DNA of 64,000 bases, from positions 13,961 to 77,960 of IMG/VR virus record IMGVR_UViG_3300027708_000051. One strand, 5' to 3'. Made by a program: the position numbers and the translations under genes. Positions 52,810 through 61,192 of the stretch are shown here, piece by piece (the first letter of the stretch is position 1; every line of letters starts with the position of its first letter). This DNA is from a virus. A model generated the notes under the pieces. It was not told the DNA's origin and did no database searches. It saw only the letters and a program-made list of their open reading frames with translations.

Positions 52810-53416
52810 TTCGCACGATGAAATTAAACAATTATTAGAAGCCTCAAGAAAATTATTAAATAATGAGACTATTAATGAGGATATCCGTAGACAATACGGA
52901 TTATTGACAGAACAAGGTGTTGACCTAACTGACGATAATGTAACTTCAAAAATTAATGTAACTAAATCAGTTCAAGATAAAATTGATTATGACACTGCGG
53001 AAGATGATGAAGAAGAATCTGAAGACGATAAAAAACAAGCTTATCGAATTTCAGGCGGATTATTAGTTTTACACGGTAAAGACCAAACAGATTTAGAATT
53101 GACTACTGATGAAAAAATAGCTTTTCAAGAAACTATGGATGAATTTGTTTCGGGTGTTTCTGATATGGCAGATTTTAATAAACTAAATGTATACACAAAT
53201 AATGTTGAATGGTCAGGTACTTTAATAGAATTTGATATTGAATTTTTCTTTTCAATAGGGGAAGAAAATGGTGTTTATATTAATGGTGAAATGTTAAAAG
53301 TTGATGATGAATTTTTAAATTTAATTGGTAAATTAAAAACTTACTACGAAAAATTTAAATCAAAATGGGCGGGAGTTTTAGCTTCAAGAAAAAAAACAAT
53401 TAAAACTGAGGAATAA
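52802..53416 (+). CDS. Acidic hypothetical protein, possible head-internal
   Basis: LLE/INE/LTE motifs in N-terminus. Confidence 0.5.
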   Translation: MNNSHDEIKQLLEASRKLLNNETINEDIRRQYGLLTEQGVDLTDDNVTSKINVTKSVQDKIDYDTAEDDEEESEDDKKQAYRISGGLLVLHGKDQTDLELTTDEKIAFQETMDEFVSGVSDMADFNKLNVYTNNVEWSGTLIEFDIEFFFSIGEENGVYINGEMLKVDDEFLNLIGKLKTYYEKFKSKWAGVLASRKKTIKTEE

Positions 53417-53781
53417 TGAAAGATATAACTAAAGGTAATAGTCAAACAATTTTATTAATCATTGTTGGTGTTTTGGTTGGTTGGAATATTTTCACAACTA
53501 GTGGTATAAAAACTGACGTTAGTGGTTATAAAAAGAAAATAGAGGGAATCCAAGTTAAAGTTGATTCAGCTCAAGTGGTTAATAAACAAATAGATACTAA
53601 AGTTATGGAGGTAAAAGAAAATGTTACCAACATCACTAAAGAAATTCATCACATTGATAATAATTTAACAATAGTAAAAGAAAAAACAAATGAAAAAGTT
53701 AATAATGTTAATAACTTTGGTAATGTTGAGCTTGAGCAGTTATTCGCAGCAAGATACAACCAAAGTAGTACTTCCAACTAA
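53416..53781 (+). CDS. N-terminal TM plus coiled coil (i-spanin-like)
   Basis: ILLIIVGVLVGWNIF then heptads; near amidase. Confidence 0.5.
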   Translation: MKDITKGNSQTILLIIVGVLVGWNIFTTSGIKTDVSGYKKKIEGIQVKVDSAQVVNKQIDTKVMEVKENVTNITKEIHHIDNNLTIVKEKTNEKVNNVNNFGNVELEQLFAARYNQSSTSN

Positions 53782-54094
53782 AACAGCTAGATTAATCTAT
53801 CAAGACTTATTAAGGTTTGACGGGTGTAAAGAAGAGTTATCATTAACTCAATTAAAACTAAGTAAAGTTGAGCAGAGAGAAGTTCAAAAAGATACAATCA
53901 TTTTTTTATTAGAAAAGAAAGACAAAAATAATCAATTTATTATAGGTCAGAAAGATTTACAAATAACACAATACGACCTAATGACTAAAGATTTACAAAA
54001 AGAATTAAAAGGTGTTAAATTTAAATCTTTTTTATATAAAGCGGCGGCATTCTTAGGAGTGTTATCTACTTCATATCTATTAATAGTTAAATAA
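53690..54094 (+). CDS. Signal peptide, coiled coil, C-terminal TM protein (spanin partner candidate)
   Basis: MKKLIMLITLVMLSLSSYS-QQ; C-terminal hydrophobic helix; 92-nt overlap with upstream gene. Confidence 0.5.
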   Translation: MKKLIMLITLVMLSLSSYSQQDTTKVVLPTKTARLIYQDLLRFDGCKEELSLTQLKLSKVEQREVQKDTIIFLLEKKDKNNQFIIGQKDLQITQYDLMTKDLQKELKGVKFKSFLYKAAAFLGVLSTSYLLIVK

Positions 54095-54097
54095 TTT

Positions 54098-55060
54098 ATG
54101 AAAGTTAAAGAAAGTTATGGGTCGGATTTAAAAAAAGCTATGTCTACTGAAATGGGTAAGTCTAATACTATTGTAAATGGTGGTATGGATGCTGTTTTAG
54201 CTGCAAATGAATATAAAAATGAAATTCCTGAAAATAATAAGAAATTAAAAATAATTAAAAGACCAATGAAAAAAGGTATTGTTGACAAATTAGTAGGTAA
54301 AACTAACATAAATAAACCGGTTGGTAAATTAACTTCATCATTACCTATTATGGGTGAAAATAAAAGCGGGAAAAAACAATTCCAAAAAGATTTACAAACA
54401 GACCCGGATTTTAAAAAGTTTAAAGAAAAAAATAATGAATTTGGTACACCAAATGTAACTGTGTCTGACCCATTTATTAAAAAAAATAGATACTCTAGAC
54501 CGGGTAAAGATAAAGGTGAAACTAAGGAGCAAGGTGCTAGTTCAGCCGGAGCTTATTCAGGTCCATTATTCTCAACAACCAAAGGTGAAATGGAAGAGGA
54601 TTGTTGGAAAGGTTATGACCAAAAGGGTATGAAAAATAAAAATGGTAAAATGGTCCCTAATTGTGTGAAAGAAGGTAAGGAGGAATATTGTGATTCTTGT
54701 GATAGAGTTAAATCTAAATGTATTTGTGGTGAAACCAAAAAAGTTGAGGCGACTGAGGCTACAGGTTCAGGTGCATCGGGTTCATATGAAACAACTTCAG
54801 CTTGGGCTAAGTCAACAAAGAAGAAAGATTGGGGTGGTAAAAAGAAAACACAAATTCCTGGAGGAAAATTTGTACAGGTTAAAAAGAAATGTCAAAAATT
54901 TCCATATTGTAATCAAGGGGATATTAAAGCTCTAAAAATATTTGAGAATGAACAAGTTAAGAAAGCTATTCAAAATATTAGTAAGAGACATAATATGAGT
55001 GAAAATGTTATTAAAACAATTATTGCTTATGAATATGAAAATACCTTTTCAAAGAAATAA
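54098..55060 (+). CDS. Lys-rich modular protein, probable head-internal
   Basis: Modules such as CWKGY..KGMK.KNGKMVPNCV bounded by ExxE motifs. Confidence 0.55.
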   Translation: MKVKESYGSDLKKAMSTEMGKSNTIVNGGMDAVLAANEYKNEIPENNKKLKIIKRPMKKGIVDKLVGKTNINKPVGKLTSSLPIMGENKSGKKQFQKDLQTDPDFKKFKEKNNEFGTPNVTVSDPFIKKNRYSRPGKDKGETKEQGASSAGAYSGPLFSTTKGEMEEDCWKGYDQKGMKNKNGKMVPNCVKEGKEEYCDSCDRVKSKCICGETKKVEATEATGSGASGSYETTSAWAKSTKKKDWGGKKKTQIPGGKFVQVKKKCQKFPYCNQGDIKALKIFENEQVKKAIQNISKRHNMSENVIKTIIAYEYENTFSKK

Positions 55061-55096
55061 AGTTAAAAACTAATATATTTATAATAAAAACTAAAA

Positions 55097-56584
55097 ATGA
55101 AAAAATTAAATACAACTTATTTAGATAATTTAGTGTCTAAAATTCTAAAAGAGACTTTAGAAGAGAAGGCTGATAGTCTTGTTTCTAAAATAAAAGGTGG
55201 TAATGTATGTGAATGTGGTGGAACTATGTATGAAGGTGAATGTAATGAATGTGGTTATAAAGGTGGTGAAATGGAGGAAGACATTCACGATTTCCAAGAT
55301 TTAAATAACAATAATGAATTTGACTACGTTGGTGAGAATGAATCTATTGACGATATTGAAAATGATGAGGAAAATACTGACGAAGACAGAGAAAAAACTT
55401 GTAGATATCATATAGAAAATTTTGGTAAAGAAGACCCGGTAACTAAAGAAATGTGTCAAGGTGTTAACATTACTGAATCATTAAAAGGTCGTCAAAGAAG
55501 ATTAGATAAAAATAAAAACAATAAAATTGATGCTGAAGATTTCAAAATGTTGAGACAAAGTAAAAAATCTGAAACAGATGAAGGTAATGCCTTTACTGGT
55601 GCATTATCTCAAGCTAGAAAAACAGGTAAAGATAATTTTGAGGTTGACGGTAAAAAATTTGAAACTAAAGAAGGTAAAAATTTTATTCAGAAAGCAGAAA
55701 AAGAAATTGAGAAAAAAGGAACTAAAGGTGATTTCTCTAAACATTGTGGAGGAGAAGTGACTAAATCTTGTATTGAGAAAGCATTAAAAAGTGGTGACCC
55801 TAAATTAGTTAAACAAGCTAACTTTGCTAAAAATATTAAAGCATATAAAGGTGCTGACCACAAAAAAAATATTAAAGAATCTTACAGATTGACTGAAAGT
55901 GAAATGATTAGTTTAATTGAAAAAATTGTTAAAGAGCAAAAAAATAAAATTGTTAAGGACCCTGCGGAAAAAAATAACATTAAAGGAATGGGGGGTTCTC
56001 CAAGAGGTTTAGAAGTTTATAAAAAAGCACACAATGGTTCTGGTAAAGAAAATAATGATTACATTAAAGATGTTACCAAAAAAATGAAAGATTACCTTAA
56101 AGATGGTTCTAAAGGTGATTACGATATGAACCCTAAAATATTCCCAAAAGGAAATGGTGAATTAGAAAAAATGAGTAAAAAAGCGTATATCCCGTCAGGT
56201 GCTGTTGAAGAGTATGTTGATAATTTAACTGCTGCAGGACAAGAAAATTTAGTGTACGATGAAATCCATCCAAATGAAGAATGGGTTACTGATAATATTG
56301 AAGGTTCTTCAAGAACAGGTAATAATCCTGAGTGGGCAAACACCGGTGAATCTAATGTTAATAAAAAACGTAATAAAATTAGAAAAGATAATATCTTAGG
56401 TCAGATTAAGAAAAAGGCTTATAACAAAGCTCCTCAACCAATTATTAAAGATACTGCAGGTGAAGATGAAGGGGATAAATTAATGGCTAAATTAGAATCC
56501 ATTGAAGTTAAAAAACAAAAACAAATTAATGAAGAGTTTGCTAGAATGAAATCTTTAATTGGTTACAATCAAAAAACTCAATAA
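55097..56584 (+). CDS. Modular charged protein, probable head scaffold/internal protein
   Basis: TATTTATA at 55076-55083; CECG..CNECG, DKNKNNKID, GNAF modules; LTE/ITE/INE motifs. Confidence 0.55.
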   Translation: MKKLNTTYLDNLVSKILKETLEEKADSLVSKIKGGNVCECGGTMYEGECNECGYKGGEMEEDIHDFQDLNNNNEFDYVGENESIDDIENDEENTDEDREKTCRYHIENFGKEDPVTKEMCQGVNITESLKGRQRRLDKNKNNKIDAEDFKMLRQSKKSETDEGNAFTGALSQARKTGKDNFEVDGKKFETKEGKNFIQKAEKEIEKKGTKGDFSKHCGGEVTKSCIEKALKSGDPKLVKQANFAKNIKAYKGADHKKNIKESYRLTESEMISLIEKIVKEQKNKIVKDPAEKNNIKGMGGSPRGLEVYKKAHNGSGKENNDYIKDVTKKMKDYLKDGSKGDYDMNPKIFPKGNGELEKMSKKAYIPSGAVEEYVDNLTAAGQENLVYDEIHPNEEWVTDNIEGSSRTGNNPEWANTGESNVNKKRNKIRKDNILGQIKKKAYNKAPQPIIKDTAGEDEGDKLMAKLESIEVKKQKQINEEFARMKSLIGYNQKTQ

Positions 56585-56631
56585 TTTACAAACAAATATT
56601 ATAACTTATAATTTCTCCATAGACGAACTCT

Positions 56632-57096
56632 ATGGAGAATTTTTTTAACTACATATCAAAACCTTTATTACGGGAAGACGTTGACGTTTGGTTCCGAAGT
56701 AATAATATAATTCCTGAAAAATTGGAATTATATTCTGATTTCACACATTCACTTAATAATCTTATTTTTAACACTTACTTAGGTGAAAGTGAGGTTAATG
56801 AAACTAAAATCATTTTAACGGAAAATGATGATAGAAATCATTTTGAATGGTGTTGGAATAAAATCATTGATAATTTCAGTAAGGAAAATATCAAATTTGA
56901 TAAAAAAGGTGAACATTTTGATTATTTTGAATCTTTTTTTGATGAAACATTTTACCATCAAAAAGATATTAAAGTTAAATCATCCATAGGATTTTTTTTT
57001 ACTGACTTATTTAACAATGAAAAATCATTTACTAAATCTGATTTAGATATGATTACAACCATTTATAAAATATTAGATAAGTCTTTAAATCATTAA
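56632..57096 (+). CDS. Hypothetical protein
   Basis: 154 aa ORF. Confidence 0.55.
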   Translation: MENFFNYISKPLLREDVDVWFRSNNIIPEKLELYSDFTHSLNNLIFNTYLGESEVNETKIILTENDDRNHFEWCWNKIIDNFSKENIKFDKKGEHFDYFESFFDETFYHQKDIKVKSSIGFFFTDLFNNEKSFTKSDLDMITTIYKILDKSLNH

Positions 57097-57177
57097 AAAC
57101 CTTGTTAGTATTTACTATAGGGTAAAAAAAATTACTTTTACAGTATTATAAAAAATAAATTAACTAAAATTATTCAG

Positions 57178-57351
57178 ATGGAAACATTAGAACAAATTAA
57201 GTCATTGGTTGAAGAATTATCAGTTGACACGACAAAGTTTTTTGGTGGTAACAATAGTGCCGGAACAAGAGCTAGAAAATCTGCACAGGATTTAAAAAAA
57301 TTATTAGATAGTCTAAGAAAAGAGATTTTATCTGAAAGAAAAAAAGACTAA
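57178..57351 (+). CDS. Histone H1-like Hc1-family protein (57 aa, absent from ORF track)
   Basis: METLEQIKSLVEELSVDTTKFFGGNNSAGTRARKSAQDLKKLLDSLRKEILSERKKD; GN.SAGTRARK motif. Confidence 0.85.
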   Translation: METLEQIKSLVEELSVDTTKFFGGNNSAGTRARKSAQDLKKLLDSLRKEILSERKKD

Positions 57352-57353
57352 TA

Positions 57354-57542
57354 ATGGATAACATTAATACAGTATTTTTATTTGTATTTATATTTTCTGT
57401 TTTGACTGTTCTTAGAACGGTTGGTAGAATAATAAGTTCCCTATTTTCAAATCCGCCAAAACAAATGGTGTGGGGTAAATGGGAACTTATGTTTCTTGGA
57501 TTTGCAATATCATATTGCTTAACATTTATTATTAAAAATTAA
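57354..57542 (+). CDS. Small two-helix membrane protein
   Basis: Two hydrophobic segments. Confidence 0.55.
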   Translation: MDNINTVFLFVFIFSVLTVLRTVGRIISSLFSNPPKQMVWGKWELMFLGFAISYCLTFIIKN

Positions 57543-57544
57543 TT

Positions 57545-57976
57545 ATGAGTTTATATAAAGAATTTTCATCTCTTTTACCTTATTTACAGTCTGTCAGAAA
57601 ATTAGAAAACTATTTAAGTTTTGATGTTAGTTTTCCGACAACTTGGAAATTACCTAAAAAATACGTAGATGAAGAAAAAGTAATGGAACAAACTAGTAAA
57701 GTTGAGAATCATAGATTTTTTTCTTTTGTGTCTGAAATATCGGAAGAAAGTGTTGGAATAATTTCAGATAACCTTAAAAATATTATTAGATATAATCTTG
57801 AATTAGAAGAAAAAGATAGATTATTTCAAAATAAAGTTAACGAATTAAAATCTATCTTTGAAAAACAAAATTTAAATAATTTAAAAGATTTAAGTTTTGA
57901 GATGAAACCAAAAGTAAATAAAATAAAATTAGATGATGGAGAAGAAGGAGTTAAAGGAACTGGAGTTACTGAATAA
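57545..57976 (+). CDS. Hypothetical protein with coiled coil
   Basis: 143 aa. Confidence 0.55.
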   Translation: MSLYKEFSSLLPYLQSVRKLENYLSFDVSFPTTWKLPKKYVDEEKVMEQTSKVENHRFFSFVSEISEESVGIISDNLKNIIRYNLELEEKDRLFQNKVNELKSIFEKQNLNNLKDLSFEMKPKVNKIKLDDGEEGVKGTGVTE

Positions 57977-58133
57977 AGAAATTGTTAAGAATCAAATTAT
58001 TTTAAACAGAGAAAAAGAAGATTTTATTAAGACAATTAAAAAAATAAATAAGGAAGATATTGTTACTAAACCGATTGAACAACCTAAAAAATTAACATTA
58101 TGGGAGAGACTACACAAAGTATTGATGGGATAA
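57933..58133 (+). CDS. Hypothetical protein
   Basis: 66 aa, ends KLTLWERLHKVLMG amphipathic motif. Confidence 0.5.
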   Translation: MMEKKELKELELLNKEIVKNQIILNREKEDFIKTIKKINKEDIVTKPIEQPKKLTLWERLHKVLMG

Positions 58134-58354
58134 TTGAGAAATTAGCTCTTGTTGCTGATGGATTACAAACATTATTTCCGGATGGGACTATGGCTGTTGC
58201 TATGGAACTTAGTTATGACGATTATAAAAAAGTTCAAAAAAATTTTAGAGATGTTGATAGGAACTTTAATCAGTTTAAAATAGATATGTCCGGAGTTGAG
58301 TTTATGTTTTTATTGAAGGATGGGTCGTTGTCTGACGTTGTAAGTAAGACTTAG
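58100..58354 (+). CDS. Hypothetical protein
   Basis: 84 aa. Confidence 0.5.
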   Translation: MGETTQSIDGIIEKLALVADGLQTLFPDGTMAVAMELSYDDYKKVQKNFRDVDRNFNQFKIDMSGVEFMFLLKDGSLSDVVSKT

Positions 58355-58946
58355 AAAAACCATTTTCAACTAATAAGTTATAAAGATATTTTCTTTGAGC
58401 ATTTGAGTAATCTTTAACAAACATACAGTCAAAACGTTTTTGTTCAATAAAAAACTCAGAAATTGAATCAATAAACCTACTTGAATCATATTCATTTTTT
58501 AATGTAAATAAATTAAATTTATCGTCAATTTGAACAACAATTTTATTATTTAATTTAGAAACTAGTTTAAATCCGGGTGGGTCTAAATATAACCTAATAA
58601 ACTCTTTTGAGTTTATTTTTTTATTTAATGTAGTATCTAAAATTAATTCTTCGATATGGTATGGGTTTATTTTTTTTATAGAAAAATCTTCATTATCTAA
58701 ATTTACTTTAATATTTCTACCAAATTCATCTTTTAAAAATACAGGTAAAAAAGTTCCCGACACTTTTTCAAGTATGGCAATTTCATAATTAAAGGAGAAT
58801 CCGTTTTCATATTGTTTATCAAAAATAACATTACCACTTTCCAATAATAAAGATTCGTAGAAAGTATTCGCTCTATTTGAGGTCTTAAACTTCTTGATTA
58901 TTTTCTTTTTTACTTTATTTTTGAATAGAACAATTAAATAATTCAT
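58302..58946 (-). CDS. Hypothetical protein
   Basis: 214 aa, divergent from dnaJ. Confidence 0.55.
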   Translation of the reverse strand: MNYLIVLFKNKVKKKIIKKFKTSNRANTFYESLLLESGNVIFDKQYENGFSFNYEIAILEKVSGTFLPVFLKDEFGRNIKVNLDNEDFSIKKINPYHIEELILDTTLNKKINSKEFIRLYLDPPGFKLVSKLNNKIVVQIDDKFNLFTLKNEYDSSRFIDSISEFFIEQKRFDCMFVKDYSNAQRKYLYNLLVENGFSKSYLQRQTTTHPSIKT

Positions 58947-58984
58947 AATATATAATTTAACTTTAAATATAAACTAAGTAAAGA

Positions 58985-59896
58985 ATGGAAGATTTTTATC
59001 AAATATTGGGTGTTAGTGAAAATGCCTCACAAGACGAAATAAAGAAAGCTTATAGAAAGTTAGCGGTAGAGCACCATCCGGATAAAGGGGGTGACGAAAA
59101 TAAGTTTAAAAAGATTTCGGAGGCGTATGATACGATAGGTGACGAAAATAAACGAAGTCAATACGATAATCAAAGAAGGAACCCATTTGCTAATATGGGT
59201 GGTGGAGGATTTAACCCTTTTGAGGATATGTTTAATCAAATGCACACTCAAAGAAAACGAGCAGTTCCTGATAAAATAGTTGAAGTTGTTGTTGGTGCGG
59301 TTGAATCTTATAAAGGTGGTGAAAAAAGTATAACATATAATAGAGACCATAATTGTGGTGGATGTAATGGGTCCGGAGGTGAAAGAATAACTTGTTCTAC
59401 TTGTGGTGGACAAGGAGTTATTACTCAACAAATAGGGACCGGATTATTTACTCAAATTATAAGACAAAGTTGTGGGTCTTGTGGTGGTAGAGGATTTTCA
59501 TATAAAACAACTTGTGGAATTTGTCACGGAAAAACTACAACATCTAATGTAGAGACAATATCTATTAAATTACCAAATGGTATAGATGAAGGTCAATTTT
59601 TAAGAGTACAAGGTAAAGGGGATTTTAAAGATGGTATGTATGGTAATTTAGTTGTTAGAATTAAAATTGTTCCTGAAAATAATTTTGAAAAATCAATGGA
59701 TGATTTAATTTACAACGCTTATTTTGATTTAAATTCCTTGAAAGAAGATACTGTTAAAGTCCCACATCCGTTAGGTGAGATTTCAATTAAATTACCGGGA
59801 GAATTTGATACGTCAAAACCATTAAGAGTTAAAGGTAAAGGGTATCACAATAGAGGTGATTTATATATTAAATTGTTTGTTAAATTTAAAAGATAA
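58985..59896 (+). CDS. dnaJ: DnaJ/Hsp40 co-chaperone (J domain, Zn fingers, C-terminal domain)
   Basis: [11 protein letters not shown], four CxxCxG repeats. Confidence 0.92.
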   Translation: MEDFYQILGVSENASQDEIKKAYRKLAVEHHPDKGGDENKFKKISEAYDTIGDENKRSQYDNQRRNPFANMGGGGFNPFEDMFNQMHTQRKRAVPDKIVEVVVGAVESYKGGEKSITYNRDHNCGGCNGSGGERITCSTCGGQGVITQQIGTGLFTQIIRQSCGSCGGRGFSYKTTCGICHGKTTTSNVETISIKLPNGIDEGQFLRVQGKGDFKDGMYGNLVVRIKIVPENNFEKSMDDLIYNAYFDLNSLKEDTVKVPHPLGEISIKLPGEFDTSKPLRVKGKGYHNRGDLYIKLFVKFKR

Positions 59897-59920
59897 CCCC
59901 TATAAAAGGGGTTTCTTTTT
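59895..59920. terminator. Terminator between convergent dnaJ and small membrane gene
   Basis: AACCCCT-ATAAA-AGGGGTT-TCTTTTT. Confidence 0.75.
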
Positions 59921-60138
59921 TAAGGGATAAGGTGAATTAATTCTTTGATTAATTTAACTGTTCCATATATTGAAGAGAATAATATATAAAATGATGCAAT
60001 TACCATAGCCAACTGACTATTAGTTATTTTTTTTTGTTTACAAGATTTACATTCTTTTTCAGGTTGTTCTAGTTGGTCCGGTGTAATGTCAATAATATCT
60101 TTTTCTTCGATAATTTGAGTTTCAATAGATTCTTTCAT
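59920..60138 (-). CDS. Small CxxC plus TM protein
   Basis: CKSC then hydrophobic helix; TATTTATG at 60142-60149, 3 nt before ATG 60138. Confidence 0.55.
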   Translation of the reverse strand: MKESIETQIIEEKDIIDITPDQLEQPEKECKSCKQKKITNSQLAMVIASFYILFSSIYGTVKLIKELIHLIP

Positions 60139-60191
60139 ATTCATAAATATTAATTTACTACAAATATAGTAAAAAATAATTGAAAGAGAAA

Positions 60192-60223
60192 CTTGCTTTT
60201 TTACTTTTTATTTCTTATCTTTG
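60192..60223 (+). promoter_or_regulatory. Bacteroidota-type promoter (MTase)
   Basis: CTTG-N20-TATCTTTG. Confidence 0.65.
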
Positions 60224-60238
60224 TAAAAAAGAAAAATT

Positions 60239-61087
60239 ATGGCATTATCATACATCGGGGGTAAATCTAAAATAGGTAAATGGATTGTTCCATTTATACC
60301 AAATGACATTGAAACATACGTAGAACCATTTTCAGGTATGTTTTGGGTATTCTTTAATATGGATTTAAAACAATACCCCAATTTAAAAGAAGTTGTCTAC
60401 AACGACTTTAATCCGCTTAACTACAATTTATTTCAATGTCTTCAGAATCCGGAAAGATTATTGGAAGAAGTGAATAACATTCCTTGTCAACAAAGAGGGG
60501 AGTTTCCAACACCGGACATTTACAGAGAACAATTCATCAGGTTTCAGGCTGAAATATTCGCCGATAATTTCAAGGTAGAACCTTATGATTATGTTGTTGC
60601 AGCAAAATACGCTTATGTATTGGCTCAAGTATTCTCAGGGTCTAAGCCTGAAACAAGTAACTTCATTGACCTAAAAGGTAAATATAAATCAAAGTATCTT
60701 ACATTCCGAGATAAGTTATCTAAACCGGATTGGGTAGAACATTTCTTAAAGATTACTAAAGTGGAGAATATGGACTTTGAAGAAGTTATTCAAAAGTATG
60801 ATGGACCATCTACATATGTTTACGCTGACCCTCCATATTGGAAGACTGAGAACTATTATAATAACCACGACTTTGATAGTGCGGACCACGAGAGGTTAGC
60901 GGATTGTTTGAAAGGTATTCAAGGTAAGTTCTCATTATCTTATTATGATTTTCCACAATTACACACTTGGTTCCCACCACTTCAATATGTATGGGAGAAG
61001 AAAGAGTTTGCTAAAGCGGCTGCGGCTAAGAAAGGTAAAGCTCAAAATATGGGAGAAGAACTTCTAATTATGAATTACGTAAAATAG
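60239..61087 (+). CDS. Orphan N6-adenine DNA methyltransferase (D12/Dam-like class)
   Basis: YIGGKS, YVEPFSG, VYND, DPPY, LSY, EELLIMNY. Confidence 0.9.
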   Translation: MALSYIGGKSKIGKWIVPFIPNDIETYVEPFSGMFWVFFNMDLKQYPNLKEVVYNDFNPLNYNLFQCLQNPERLLEEVNNIPCQQRGEFPTPDIYREQFIRFQAEIFADNFKVEPYDYVVAAKYAYVLAQVFSGSKPETSNFIDLKGKYKSKYLTFRDKLSKPDWVEHFLKITKVENMDFEEVIQKYDGPSTYVYADPPYWKTENYYNNHDFDSADHERLADCLKGIQGKFSLSYYDFPQLHTWFPPLQYVWEKKEFAKAAAAKKGKAQNMGEELLIMNYVK

Positions 61088-61118
61088 TTTGGATATTAAA
61101 AAAAATGAGTTATCTTTG
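61088..61118 (+). promoter_or_regulatory. Bacteroidota-type promoter; TATTTATA motif also at 61170-61177
   Basis: TTTG-N19-TATCTTTG. Confidence 0.65.
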
Positions 61119-61192
61119 TCCCGTTAAAGAAAAGTAAATGGGTTTAACGAATTATTTACAAAAATCAAATATTTATAATAAAAACAATTAAA

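Noticed and set aside
53677-53690. Programmed -1 frameshift at AAAAAAC
   Set aside because: Heptamer not in the required frame, and the downstream ORF has its own signal peptide.
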